DNA of 63,899 bases, counting the filler, from Reclinomonas americana ATCC 50394 (Eukaryota), in NCBI GenBank assembly GCA_048213135.1. It is 11 parts of 5 records of this genome, joined end to end, with 100 filler letters (N's around TTAATTAATTAA, not from the genome) between each part and the next. Parts side by side here need not be neighbours in the genome. Positions count along the whole stretch, not along the records: positions 9,962 to 24,517 come from PS015505.1; 10 more parts are not named here. One strand, written 5' to 3'. Shown here one piece after another: positions 12,139 to 22,700 of the stretch. Each line of letters opens with the position of its first letter. The stretch's first letter is position 1. The notes below the pieces were generated by a model, which made no database searches, was not told where the DNA came from, and worked only from the letters and a program-made list of their open reading frames with translations. Both the position numbers and the translations under genes were made by a program.

Positions 12139-12629
12139 TCATCACTCCCGATGGTCAGCATGTCGTGAGTGGCAGCTGGGACAAGACCGTACGCGTGTGG
12201 TCACTGGCGAGTGGAGAGGAGGTGCGACGATTTGTTGGACACACCAGGTCGGTGAGGTCTGTCGTCGTCACTCCTGACGGTCAGCACGTGGTGAGCGGCG
12301 GTGCCGACAAGACAGTGCGAGTGTGGTCGCTTGCCAGTGGCGAGGAGTTGCGACGATTGGAGCACCATCATACAGTGAAGTCTGTCGCCCTCGCCCTCGA
12401 TGGTCAACACATTGCGAGCGGGCATTACGACTGGAATGTGCGTGTATGGTCCACTGCACGTGGTCTTGCGCAATGGGAACTCGGCATCGCCAGGATGGCC
12501 ATGCAGGCCGTGCAGGAGACGATGCAAGAAGAGTCGCGGTGCCTGGCCGAGCTGGTGCTGCGCTGCTTCATTGTCGAGGATGCCGAAGTCGTGCTGTTTC
12601 GCTGTTCGGTGGACGAGGCAGTGAGCTAG
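12139..12629 (+). CDS. C-terminal part of WD40-repeat protein (near-identical repeats)
   Basis: ITPDGQHVVSGSWDKTVRVWSLASGEEVRRFVGHT... about 3 repeats, then a helical tail ending CSVDEAVS*. Confidence 0.85.
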
Positions 12630-13237
12630 TGACGGTATGCGACGGGGTAGGTGATGAATGAACGTCGTGGCTTAGGTCCTGTGTTCCATTATGACAAACA
12701 AAACAGCGGTCTCACTCACGGAAAGCACAGTGCGGCATGAAGGTGAGTGTGAGTGTGAGTGTGTGTGTTTGAAAGAGAGAGGGAGGAAGGGAGTAAGTGG
12801 TTGCGCGCGCGTGTGTGCATCTCTCTCTCACTCTCACTCACCCTGTGCTTGCATCTCACTGTGTGTNNNNNNNNNNNNNNNNNNNNNNNNNNNNNNNNNN
12901 NNNNNNNNNNNNNNNNNNNNNNNNNNNNNNNNNNNNNNNNNNNNNNNNNNNNNNNNNNNNNNNNNNNNNNNNNNNNNNNNNNNNNNNNNNNNNNNNNNNN
13001 NNNNNNNNNNNNNNNNNNNNNNNNNNNNNNNNNNNNNNNNNNNNNNNNNNNNNNNNNNNNNNNNNNNNNNNNNNNNNNNNNNNNNNNNNNNNNNNNNNNN
13101 NNNNNNNNNNNNNNNNNNNNNNNNNNNNNNNNNNNNNNNNNNNNNNNNNNNNNNNNNNNNNNNNNNNNNNNNNNNNNNNNNNNNNNNNNNNNNNNNNNNN
13201 NNNNNNNNNNNNNNNNNNNNNNNNNNNNNNNNNNNNN

Positions 13238-13262
13238 TTCGGTGGACGAGGCAGTGAGCTAG
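13238..13262 (+). CDS. Extreme 3' end of a second WD40 paralog
   Basis: TTCGGTGGACGAGGCAGTGAGCTAG is identical to the end of the 12139-12629 gene but followed by a diverged 3' UTR. Confidence 0.5.
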
Positions 13263-13388
13263 TGACGATGAATGAATGTGGCGTCAAACGGCGGCGGAAG
13301 ATCGATTGTTGTTGTCCGCGGAAATCGAACCTTCTCACACTCTCACACGCGCACACACACGCTTTCTGCTCCCCCCCACTCTTGCCAC

Positions 13389-13811
13389 ATGTCTGACCAA
13401 CCCACCGGTGCCTGTGTGCCCATCACGACGCTGATCATCGTGATGATCATCTCCACGTGCGTGCACATCCCGCTCTTCATCATCTTCCACGACGCCAACA
13501 TGAGTGGCGTGCACCAAGCCGAGGTCGCCGTCCGCCTCTCTCTCGCCGCCTACCTCCTCGTCATGGCCCTCTTCCTCTTCATCATCATGTCGGTGTGCTG
13601 CGCGCGCAAGTGCTCGCCCGGATGCACTGTGCTGGTCGCCATCCTCGCCCTCGTCATGCTGCTCTCCTCGTCGGTGATGAGCATTGTGTCGTTTGTGTTC
13701 CAGTGCATTGAGTTTCAGTTCTTTTGGAACACGACACTGGGATCGGCCGGACGGGCCTATTTCGTGCTCTCGGTGATCTCGATCGCCTCCAGCCTCTTTA
13801 GCTCTGCCAAC
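13389..13811 (+). CDS. Small four-TM membrane protein (3' end in gap)
   Basis: MSDQPTGACVPITTLIIVMIISTCVHIPLFIIFH... four hydrophobic helices, a Cys cluster (SVCCARKC) and GC3-rich codons. Confidence 0.55.
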
Positions 13812-14470
13812 NNNNNNNNNNNNNNNNNNNNNNNNNNNNNAGGAGGAGGAGGGGGAGGAGGAGAATGGAGGAGAAGAGGAGAAAGTAGGAGGAGAAGGTG
13901 GAGAAGGAGAAGGAGGTGGGTAAGGAGAGGAAGGAGGAGGAGGAGGAGGAGGAGGAGGAGGAGGAGGAGGACGAGGTGAAGGAGAGGAAGGAGGAGGAGG
14001 AGGAAGGAGAGGAAGAAGGAGGAGGAGGGAGACGACGAGACGGAGAGGCACGAGGAGCAGGAGAAGAAGAGGAAGAACAACAACGACAACAGAACAGAAA
14101 AACGCAGGAAGGAGCAGAGGAAGCAGGAGAAGAAGAAGAGGAAGGGGAAGAACAAGGAGAAGACTATGAAAGAGGAGGAGAAGAAGACGAACAAGAATAA
14201 CAACAACAGCAAGCAGACAGAATGAAGGCAAATCGTCACAATTCCCCGCTCTCTCATTCCCACACTCTTCTCACTCTCTCACTCTCTCAGTGTACGTACG
14301 CGAGTGTGTCTGCGAGAACGAGTGTGCGAGAACAGAGATTCGGTGTGCACATTGTGGTCTTCAGGGCAACACCAAGTTGTCACCTCCCACTTTCTCTCAC
14401 ACACACTCTCCTTGCCCCTCCTTCTCTCTCTCTCACACACACAGAGACTGTGCACAATGACGTCACTCAC

Positions 14471-14588
14471 CAACATACACGCGCGTGAGGTGCGTCTGCA
14501 CAGTCACTGAAAAGTCACTGACATTGAAGATGGCCTCGGCGGAGAGCTTGCCGCGGCTGAAGAGAGAAGAGGAAGACGCAGAGGCCAT
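14471..14588 (-). CDS. TMBIM6: Bax inhibitor-1, first coding exon
   Basis: MASASSSSLFSRGKLSAEAIFNVSDFSVTVQTHLTRVYV resembles the BI-1 N-terminal motif (..(T/V)Q.HL.(K/R)VY). Ends at G|GTGAGT; downstream exons are not visible. Confidence 0.65.
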
Positions 14589-14949
14589 GTTGTTTCTTGG
14601 CTCTTGACACGTGTTACAAAGCGAAGATTGTGACGTCGGAGATTCGGGCGGGACAGCGTTGAAGTTCGTGTTGCCAGAGTGAGGTTTGAGAGTGTGTGCA
14701 GCTGCAAACAACAGTAGCAACCTTTGCTATTGCAAGCAGAGGCAGAAGCATGTCACCTTTAAAGTAGTGAGTGAGAACAGCGGAGGAGAACGTCGACTTG
14801 CAATTGGCGAATGCTTGCGTTCTCTTGCAACCATGGCATGTGGCAAGCAGTGACTGTGGAGAGGTGTTATGTGTGAGCGCACGGACGCGGGTGATGTGTT
14901 GCTGACGTTTTGTGCGCGGAAAGTCCTCGTGAGTTTGTCAGACGAGAGG

Positions 14950-15950
14950 ATGGCGACGAAAGTGCGTGTGTTGTGTGTTCCGTGTTTGTTGCAGCTGTGT
15001 CTCACTACGTGTGTGGAATGGTGGCACAGGTTCTGGAGGGACACACAGAATGGGTGTGCTCTGTTACTGTCACTCCCGATGGTCAACACATTGTCAGCGG
15101 CAGTGATGACAAGACCGTGCGCGTGTGGTCACTGGTGAGCGGCGAGGAAGTGAGACGGCTGGAGGGACACACTGATTCGGTGGAGTCTGTCGCTGTCACT
15201 CCCGATGGTCAGCACATTGTGAGTGGGAGTGATGACTGCATCGTGCGGGTATGGTCGGTTACGAGCTGGGAAGAAGTACGGCAGATGGAGGGACACACTG
15301 ATGTTGTGTGGTCTGTCGCCGTCACTCCCGATGGGCAGCACGTTGTGAGTGGGAGTGACGACGAGACAGTGCGAGTGTGGTCACTGGCAAGTGGCGAAGA
15401 ATTGCGACGGTTGGACGGACACATCGGTGGAGTAAACGCTGTCGCCGTCTCTTTCGACGGTCAGCACGTGGTGAGCGGCAGCGACGACATGACAGTGCGG
15501 GTGTGGTCACTGGCAAGTGGCGAAGAATTCCGACGGTTCGAGGGACACACTGATGTTGTGTGGTCTGTCGCCGTCACTACAGATGGTCAGTACGTTGTCA
15601 GCGGCAGTGACGACAACACAGTGTGCGTGTGGTCACTGGCAAGTGGCGAAGAGGTGAGAAGGTTGGAGGGACACAGTGGGGTAAACGCTGTCGCCGTCTC
15701 TCTTGATGGTCAACACATTGTCAGCGGCAGTGACGACAAGACAGTGCGGGTGTGGTTACTGGCAAGTGGCGAAGAAGTGAGACGGTTGGAGGGACACACT
15801 GATGTTGTGTTGCCTGTCGCTATCACTCCTGATGGTCAGCACGTCGTGAGTGGAAGCAAGGACAACACTGTACGTGTGTGGTCGCTGGTGAGTGGCGAAG
15901 TGGTGAGAAGGTTGGAGGGACACGCAGATGGTTGGGACGACGTTGTGCGA
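14950..15950 (+). CDS. WD40-repeat protein with 7 near-identical 41-42 aa repeats (3' end in gap)
   Basis: Micro-exon MATK (AAA|GTGCGT...GCACAG|GTT), then an intronless array of GHxxxVxxVAVTPDGQHxVSGSDDxTVRVWSLxSGEExRRLE repeats. Confidence 0.9.
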
Positions 15951-16735
15951 GGTTTGTGCTCAGCATGCATCCTNNNNNNNNNNNNNNNNNNNNNNNNNNN
16001 NNNNNNNNNNNNNNNNNNNNNNNNNNNNNNNNNNNNNNNNNNNNNNNNNNNNNNNNNNNNNNNNNNNNNNNNNNNNNNNNNNNNNNNNNNNNNNNNNNNN
16101 NNNNNNNNNNNNNNNNNNNNNNNNNNNNNNNNNNNNNNNNNNNNNNNNNNNNNNNNNNNNNNNNNNNNNNNNNNNNNNNNNNNNNNNNNNNNNNNNNNNN
16201 NNNNNNNNNNNNNNNNNNNNNNNNNNNNNNNNNNNNNNNNNNNNNNNNNNNNNNNNNNNNNNNNNNNNNNNNNNNNNNNNNNNNNNNNNNNNNNNNNNNN
16301 NNNNNNNNNNNNNNNNNNNNNNNNNNNNNNNNNNNNNNNNNNNNNNNNNNNNNNNNNNNNNNNNNNNNNNNNNNNNNNNNNNNNNNNNNNNNNNNNNNNN
16401 NNNNNNNNNNNNNNNNNNNNNNNNNNNNNNNNNNNNNNNNNNNNNNNNNNNNNNNNNNNNNNNNNNNNNNNNNNNNNNNNNNNNNNNNNNNNNNNNNNNN
16501 NNNNNNNNNNNNNNNNNNNNNNNNNNNNNNNNNNNNNNNNNNNNNNNNNNNNNNNNNNNNNNNNNNNNNNNNNNNNNNNNNNNNNNNNNNNNNNNNNNNN
16601 NNNNNNNNNNNNNNNNNNNNNNNNNNNNNNNNNNNNNNNNNNNNNNNNNNNNNNNNNNNNNNNNNNNNNNNNNNNNNNNNNNNNNNNNNNNNNNNNNNNN
16701 NNNNNNNNNNNNNNNNNNNNNNNNNNNNNNNNNNN

Positions 16736-17550
16736 GCTCCTTGTCGTCGCCCACAGAGTAGCCGACGAGAGGGACAATGCGACGGTCTCGCAGGCGGCCG
16801 ACAGTGGCGACCTGCGGGCGATGGGTGAGGAAATGGAGCGAGAATAGAAAACAGAGGGAGAGACAGACCTCGCTCTCGAATGACTCCATCGTCCACGGCG
16901 CAGCGGGGTCGAGCACCTTGATGGCCACGTGCATTTCGCGAAGGAGGGTGATAAAGACTGAACCTTGGCCACCTTCGCCCACCTTGAGGCGGCGAGAGAA
17001 GGAGTTGGTGGCCTGTACGATTTCGGGCCACTCGAAGCGCTGCACGGAGGTGTCGACTGAGGGAGGAAAAGTTAGCGGATACAAGGCGGACGGGGTGAGA
17101 GAGGGCAACAGACCTTGAGCGAGAAGGAGTTCTTGTCGAAGCTGGGAAACAAGTCGATCGCTCTCCGCGAGTCGCGCAGTGAGGTCGTCCTTGTCAAGCA
17201 AGGCGACTGCCAGCTGCTGGGTGACAGCGGACAGATCGGCTTGCAGTTGCTGAGACTGTTGTTCCGCGGTTGCCAAACGAGCGACCATGGCGTCCTCTCG
17301 GTGTCGAGAGACGGCGCGCTCCGTCTCAAGTTGGGTGGTGTGCTCGTTGCGCTCTGTTCGCAGTCGGGCGTCGAGGGCGGCGGACTTGGCGGACTCCTCG
17401 CGCAGTCGCGCTTCAAGTTCAGCGAGGCGTGCCGCCAGCGATTGGTCGGTTGCTGCCGGAGGTGGCGACGATAGCCTGCCGAGTGCACGAGCTGGACGAT
17501 TGGTGTTTAATACTACAGAGGAAGGCGAAGTGAGAACGACAGATGGGAAG
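16736..17550 (-). CDS. IRAK/Pelle/RLK-like kinase, N-terminal half (coiled coil plus N-lobe); contig apparently inverted
   Basis: Coiled coil (LAARLAELEARLREE...), then RFEWPEIVQATNSFSRRLKVGEGGQGSVF...VAIKVL...FESE|VATVGRLRDRRIVPLVGYSVGDDKE. Confidence 0.8.
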
Positions 17551-18056
17551 NNNNNNNNNNNNNNNNNNNNNNNNNNNNNNNNNNNNNNNNNNNNNNNNNN
17601 NNNNNNNNNNNNNNNNNNNNNNNNNNNNNNNNNNNNNNNNNNNNNNNNNNNNNNNNNNNNNNNNNNNNNNNNNNNNNNNNNNNNNNNNNNNNNNNNNNNN
17701 NNNNNNNNNNNNNNNNNNNNNNNNNNNNNNNNNNNNNNNNNNNNNNNNNNNNNNNNNNNNNNNNNNNNNNNNNNNNNNNNNNNNNNNNNNNNNNNNNNNN
17801 NNNNNNNNNNNNNNNNNNNNNNNNNNNNNNNNNNNNNNNNNNNNNNNNNNNNNNNNNNNNNNNNNNNNNNNNNNNNNNNNNNNNNNNNNNNNNNNNNNNN
17901 NNNNNNNNNNNNNNNNNNNNNNNNNNNNNNNNNNNNNNNNNNNNNNNNNNNNNNNNNNNNNNNNNNNNNNNNNNNNNNNNNNNNNNNNNNNNNNNNNNNN
18001 NNNNNNNNNNNNNNNNNNNNNNNNNNNNNNNNNNNNNNNNNNNNNNNNNNNNNNNN

Positions 18057-18872
18057 GTTGCCTGGTGTACAAGGCCCTCGAGTGCGTCTCACGTATTCTC
18101 TCTGGCTTTGATCATGTCACTCATCATATGGAACTGGCGCAGATCCCAGAACCTGGAAGACCTCCTTCTCCTTCCGCGTGCCGGCCGTGCTCCACTCTCT
18201 GTCGTACAGCGCGTGCAGATTGGTCTGGGACTGGCCGAGGCCGTGGTGTTCTTGCACAAGGTCTGTGACACTGCACAGTCATTCCTCCCTCTCCTTCCAT
18301 CTGACCATCACCGCGCCCCGGTCGCAGAACAATGTGGTGCACCGCGACATCAAGCCCTCCAATGTACTCCTGGATCACCGACTGGAACCATGTCTCGGCG
18401 ACTTTGGCATTGCGCGTTCCATCGCTGCTGGCAAGGTTTGTTGACTCGTCCTCCGTGCCTTCCGATTCTCTATCTTGCTCACGCTCCTGTCTCATTCTTT
18501 TCGCAGACCACCACCGCCGTCGGCACGCTGGACTACATGGACCCTCTGCACATGCACTCGAGGAGCCCGCAGCCCGAGAGCGACGTTTTCGCCACAGGCA
18601 TTGTGCTCGTGCAACTGGTCACCGGCAAATCCGTTACCTCCGTGCGCGAGTGGTTGAGTGCGTGGGACCGACAGCCTACTTCCATCCGCGTGATGGAGCT
18701 GGTGGACGCCGGTGAAGGCGTGGAATGGACTCCACGCATCGCCGAGCCCATGTTCGAGCTCGGCATGCGATGCATGAGTTTGCGGCGGGACCGGCCGGCG
18801 GCGCAGGAGGTGCTGGAGGTGATGCGCGCACTTAGGGAGGCGTGCGGGCAGTTTACGTTGATTGTGGGATGA
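18057..18872 (+). CDS. IRAK/Pelle/RLK-like kinase, C-terminal half
   Basis: CLVY...RVQIGLGLAEAVVFLH / VVHRDIKPSNVLLD...DFGIAR / VGTLDYMDP...SDVFATGIVLVQLVTG...RDRP across three GT-AG introns. Confidence 0.88.
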   Translation, partial: VAWCTRPSSASHVFSLALIMSLIIWNWRRSQNLEDLLLLPRAGRAPLSVVQRVQIGLGLAEAVVFLHKVCDTAQSFLPLLPSDHHRAPVAEQCGAPRHQALQCTPGSPTGTMSRRLWHCAFHRCWQGLLTRPPCLPILYLAHAPVSFFSQTTTAVGTLDYMDPLHMHSRSPQPESDVFATGIVLVQLVTGKSVTSVREWLSAWDRQPTSIRVMELVDAGEGVEWTPRIAEPMFELGMRCMSLRRDRPAAQEVLEVMRALREACGQFTLIVG

Positions 18873-18997
18873 GATTATGTTGGCAAGGAGTGAGGCTCTT
18901 CGTTTTTTTTTGTATTCAGAGAAGGATTGAATGGTGTTGTCTTTGACAGCGAGGAGCGAAACCATTCCCCAATGTAAGATGAAGTTGCAGCGTTTTT

Positions 18998-19797
18998 TCG
19001 ATATCGCATGTCCTGCAACTCTCAGCACGAGGAATGCAGCGCGACCTTTAGGGAACTCCCGTGAGTGATCCCGGTAGTGGCGAGACTGTCACTGCACCTC
19101 CCACGATCATCACAACTGCAGCAGCACTACCACCACTCCCCGCTCAACACCGCCACTCCCACCAACCATCGTCGACCTATAGGCCTCGCTGCACCACGCG
19201 CAATGGCGACAAAGTACAACAATCAAGCCCCGAATTACATAACACCCTAATACGCAGAACGTAACCTGCTTTCGTCACCAAAGACACATGCACTTCGAAG
19301 CTTCGATATCTGAAGTCCTGCAAGCTTTGTCGATCACTTTGCAGCAATCGCGCGCGCACGGAATGCAGCGCGACCTGCCGGGAACTCCCGTGAGCGATCC
19401 CGGCAGTGGCGGAGACACTGCCACTGCAGCAGCACCTCCCACAGCAGCATTACCACCACTGCCCACTCAACACCGCCACTCCCACCAACCATCATCGTCG
19501 ACCTAATAGGCCTCGCTGCACCACTCGCAAAGGCGACGTTAAACCACGATCGCCAAGCCCCCAATAAGCACAGCGCGTCACTTCAAGACACACTTCGATA
19601 TCAGAAGTCCTGCGCCTTCATTGATCACTTTGCAGCAATCGCGCGCGCACGGAATGCAGCGCGACCTGCCGGGAACTCCCGTGAGTGATCCCGGCAGTGG
19701 CGGTGACACTGCCACTGCAGCAGCACCTCCCACCACTGCAGCATTACCACCACTTCCCACTCAACAACACCGCCACTCCCACCAACCATCATCAACC
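18998..19797 (+). repeat. Tandem triplication (~290-330 bp) of the TMEM94 upstream/start-codon segment
   Basis: GGAATGCAGCGCGACCT...CACCGCCACTCCCACCAACCATC occurs three times, with ATGs at 19034, 19363 and 19654. Confidence 0.9.
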
Positions 19798-22700
19798 TCC
19801 TCTCACGCCCACTCTCACCACTCACTGCATCACCACTCACTGCATCACTCATTGCATCATCATCATCATGCGCCTCATGTGCACTACTCAGTGGCCACGA
19901 ATTCGTCTCCCGTGGCGGCCGCGGCTGCGTTGGCGACACCCACTGGCATGGTGGCGTCGGCATCGTATCCGTCGTTGACACGTGTGCATACTGCGTGTGA
20001 GTAGGAGAGGGAGTGGAGAGAGAGAGAGGGAGAGAGAGAGGGTGTGTGTGCATTGATGATTGCAATCAGCGACTGTGTCTCTCTCTCTCTCACTCTCTCT
20101 CACTCTCGCTCTGTCTCTCTCTCTCACACACACATGCTCTCTCTCTCGTCGCCTGTCTCTTCTGTTGACTGTCTCTGCAGCTGTGCAATCAGCGACTGCG
20201 AATCTCTCTCTCTCTCTCTCTCACTCTCTTGTCTGTGTCTGCGGCCATTGTGGCGTCCGTCGTTGACACGTGTGCATACTGCGTGTGAGTAGGAGGGAGG
20301 AGTGGAGAGGGAGGGAGGGAGGGTGTGTGTGTGTGTGTGCATTGATGATTGCAATAAGTTCTTGTTCTCTCTCTCTCTCGTCTTGTATCGCTGTGGGCGC
20401 TTTGGTGCGAGGAAAGAATGCAAGCAGCATCTCAGTCCTTCGATCTCTCACTGTCTCTCTCTCTCTCTCATCACCTATCACTCTCCCTCCCCCATCTGCC
20501 TTGTCCCTCACCCCTCCCTTCCCCTTCCCCTTCCCTCACCCCGCAGCCTCCTTCGGCACCCCCACCCACATCGTGGTCCTCGACGACGACGGCGCGGAGA
20601 GCGCGAGCGAGGGCATGCCAGAGGACCTCGACGGCATCGCTGGTGTCGGCGGCGGCGGCGGTGGCGCAATGCTGACCGAGATTCTGACGCCCACGGCGGC
20701 CTCGGAGGGCGGTGTGTTTCCTGCAGTGACCGCCGCCGCCGCAACAGGAGCAGGAGATGGTGGCGATCTGTCGTCGGTTCACTCGTCGTCGGCTGCCTTC
20801 CCGCCGCCGCCACTGCCCCTGCCACCACCAGCAGTGCCACCGTCATTGCCGCCGGCCGCCGCGTCCCTGGCACCACCACCACTGGCAGCATTTCCACGCA
20901 ATGCGTCGCTGTCCGGTGGCATGGACGACTCGGTGGCCGAGCCGATTCCGGTGGAGACGCGCAGTCGCCTGCTGAGTGGAGTGTTTGGTCTGACCAGCGA
21001 GGAGGCGCACAGGTTCCCTCGATTTTCCTGGTGAATCCCTCCTCTGTGGGTGTCGTCGACTCACACACACCCTTTGTGTGCGCAGAACCCTAATTCAGCT
21101 GTGCGAATCGGTGGCAGACGAAGGTCTCCGCCGCCACTCGTTCACGCACTACCTGGGCCGATTCGTTTTCAACGACATGGCAATGCTCTTCACGCTGGCC
21201 GTCGGCATGCTCATTGCCGTGTTTGTCATTCGGCAGGTGAGGCGGTGAAAAGGGATTCTTGAAAGTGTGGGCTGATCTTGTTGCTGAGTGCATGGTGTCA
21301 CAGGTCCGCGACGACAGCGACGCGTACATGCACGGCTCTCCGACGCGAACGCTGGTCGAGTTCCTCGTGGGCCTGGCCATTCTCATCACCGCCGGCTCGT
21401 TTTACATGCGCGAGACGTATCTCACGGTTCGCCAGCAAGAATCATCCCTGCACCTTCACACACCGCCGCTGCTCACCCCCCTGTCGCCGCGCAGGATGTG
21501 GAGTACTATCGAAGACTCAAGCTGGTCACCGAGAATCTCGTCAAGAACGGCTTTGGCGACACCACTGCATTCACGCAACCGTATCGCGAGCTCGACTCGT
21601 CGCGCATCGTGTCGGTGCGCCGTGATGGCAAGTGGGTGGCGCTGTCGACGATTCTGCTGGTGCAGGGCGACATTATCGGGTGTGCCGTCAATGTGCTGCA
21701 CAAGTTGAGATTATCGGTGGCGCCAGTGGATTTGGATGGTTTGTGAGGGAGGAGGAGGGAAGGAGGGAAGGGGAGAGGGGAGAGGGGGAAAGGGGAGAGG
21801 GGAGAGGGGGAATGGGGGAGGGGGAGGAGGGGCAGAGTGAGGGTGTGTTAGTTGAGCATTCTCTCTCTCTGTGCTCGTGTAAGATGCCTGTTTGCCAGTG
21901 TCGGAGGACTTCTTTGTTGAAGAAGTGAGAGTGAGAGAGGAAGTGCAGTTGTAGAGTTACACGCACCGCACAGTCTCCGGCTCTCTCCTTCTCTCTCTGG
22001 CAGGGCAGGCGCCGAGTTTCTTGCGCGCGCTCTCTCTCTCTCCCCCTCTTCTCTTCTCTTGATCTCGACATGCCTGTCACCTGAACTTCTGTAGACGAAG
22101 AGAGAGAGAGAGAAAGAGGAAGTGCAGGTGTAGAGTTGCATGCCCGTACAGTCTCTGGTTCTCTCTTGTTCACTGTGGAAAGACAGGCGCCGAGTTTCTT
22201 GCGCCTCTCTCTATCTCTTCCCTTCTCTCGTGTAGTGCCTTTTTGCCTGGACATCTCCGCTGAAGAAGAGAGATAGGACGTGTAGGTGCAGAGTTGCATG
22301 CACCGCGCAGTCTCTGGTTCTCTCTTTCTCTCTCTGGAAGGGCAGTCGCCGAGTTTCTTGTGCCTCTCTCTATCTCTTCCCTTCTCTCGATATGACATCT
22401 CCCCTGAAGAAGAGAGATAGGACGTGCAGGTGCAGAGTTACACGCACCTCGCAGTCTCTGGTTCTCTCTTTCTCTCTCTGGAAAGACAGGCGCCGAGTTT
22501 CTCTCTCTCTTCTCTTCTCTCGATATGCCTGTTTACCTGGACGCTCTCGCTATCTCGTTTCGCTGCTTGTCCGTCATGTGCGCGCGCTTCAGAGAATATC
22601 TGTGTTGTGGAAGAGGACTTGCTCTCTCACTTTCACTCTCTCTTCTTCATAGGGAAGTCTGCGTCAGTCTCACAGTGCGTTCTTGGAACGATCCTGTCAA

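Noticed and set aside
13841..14200. Glu-rich ORF (MEKEKE...EEEE)
   Set aside because: Purine-rich low-complexity sequence at a contig edge, typical of intronic CT tracts here (likely the BI-1 intron on the minus strand).
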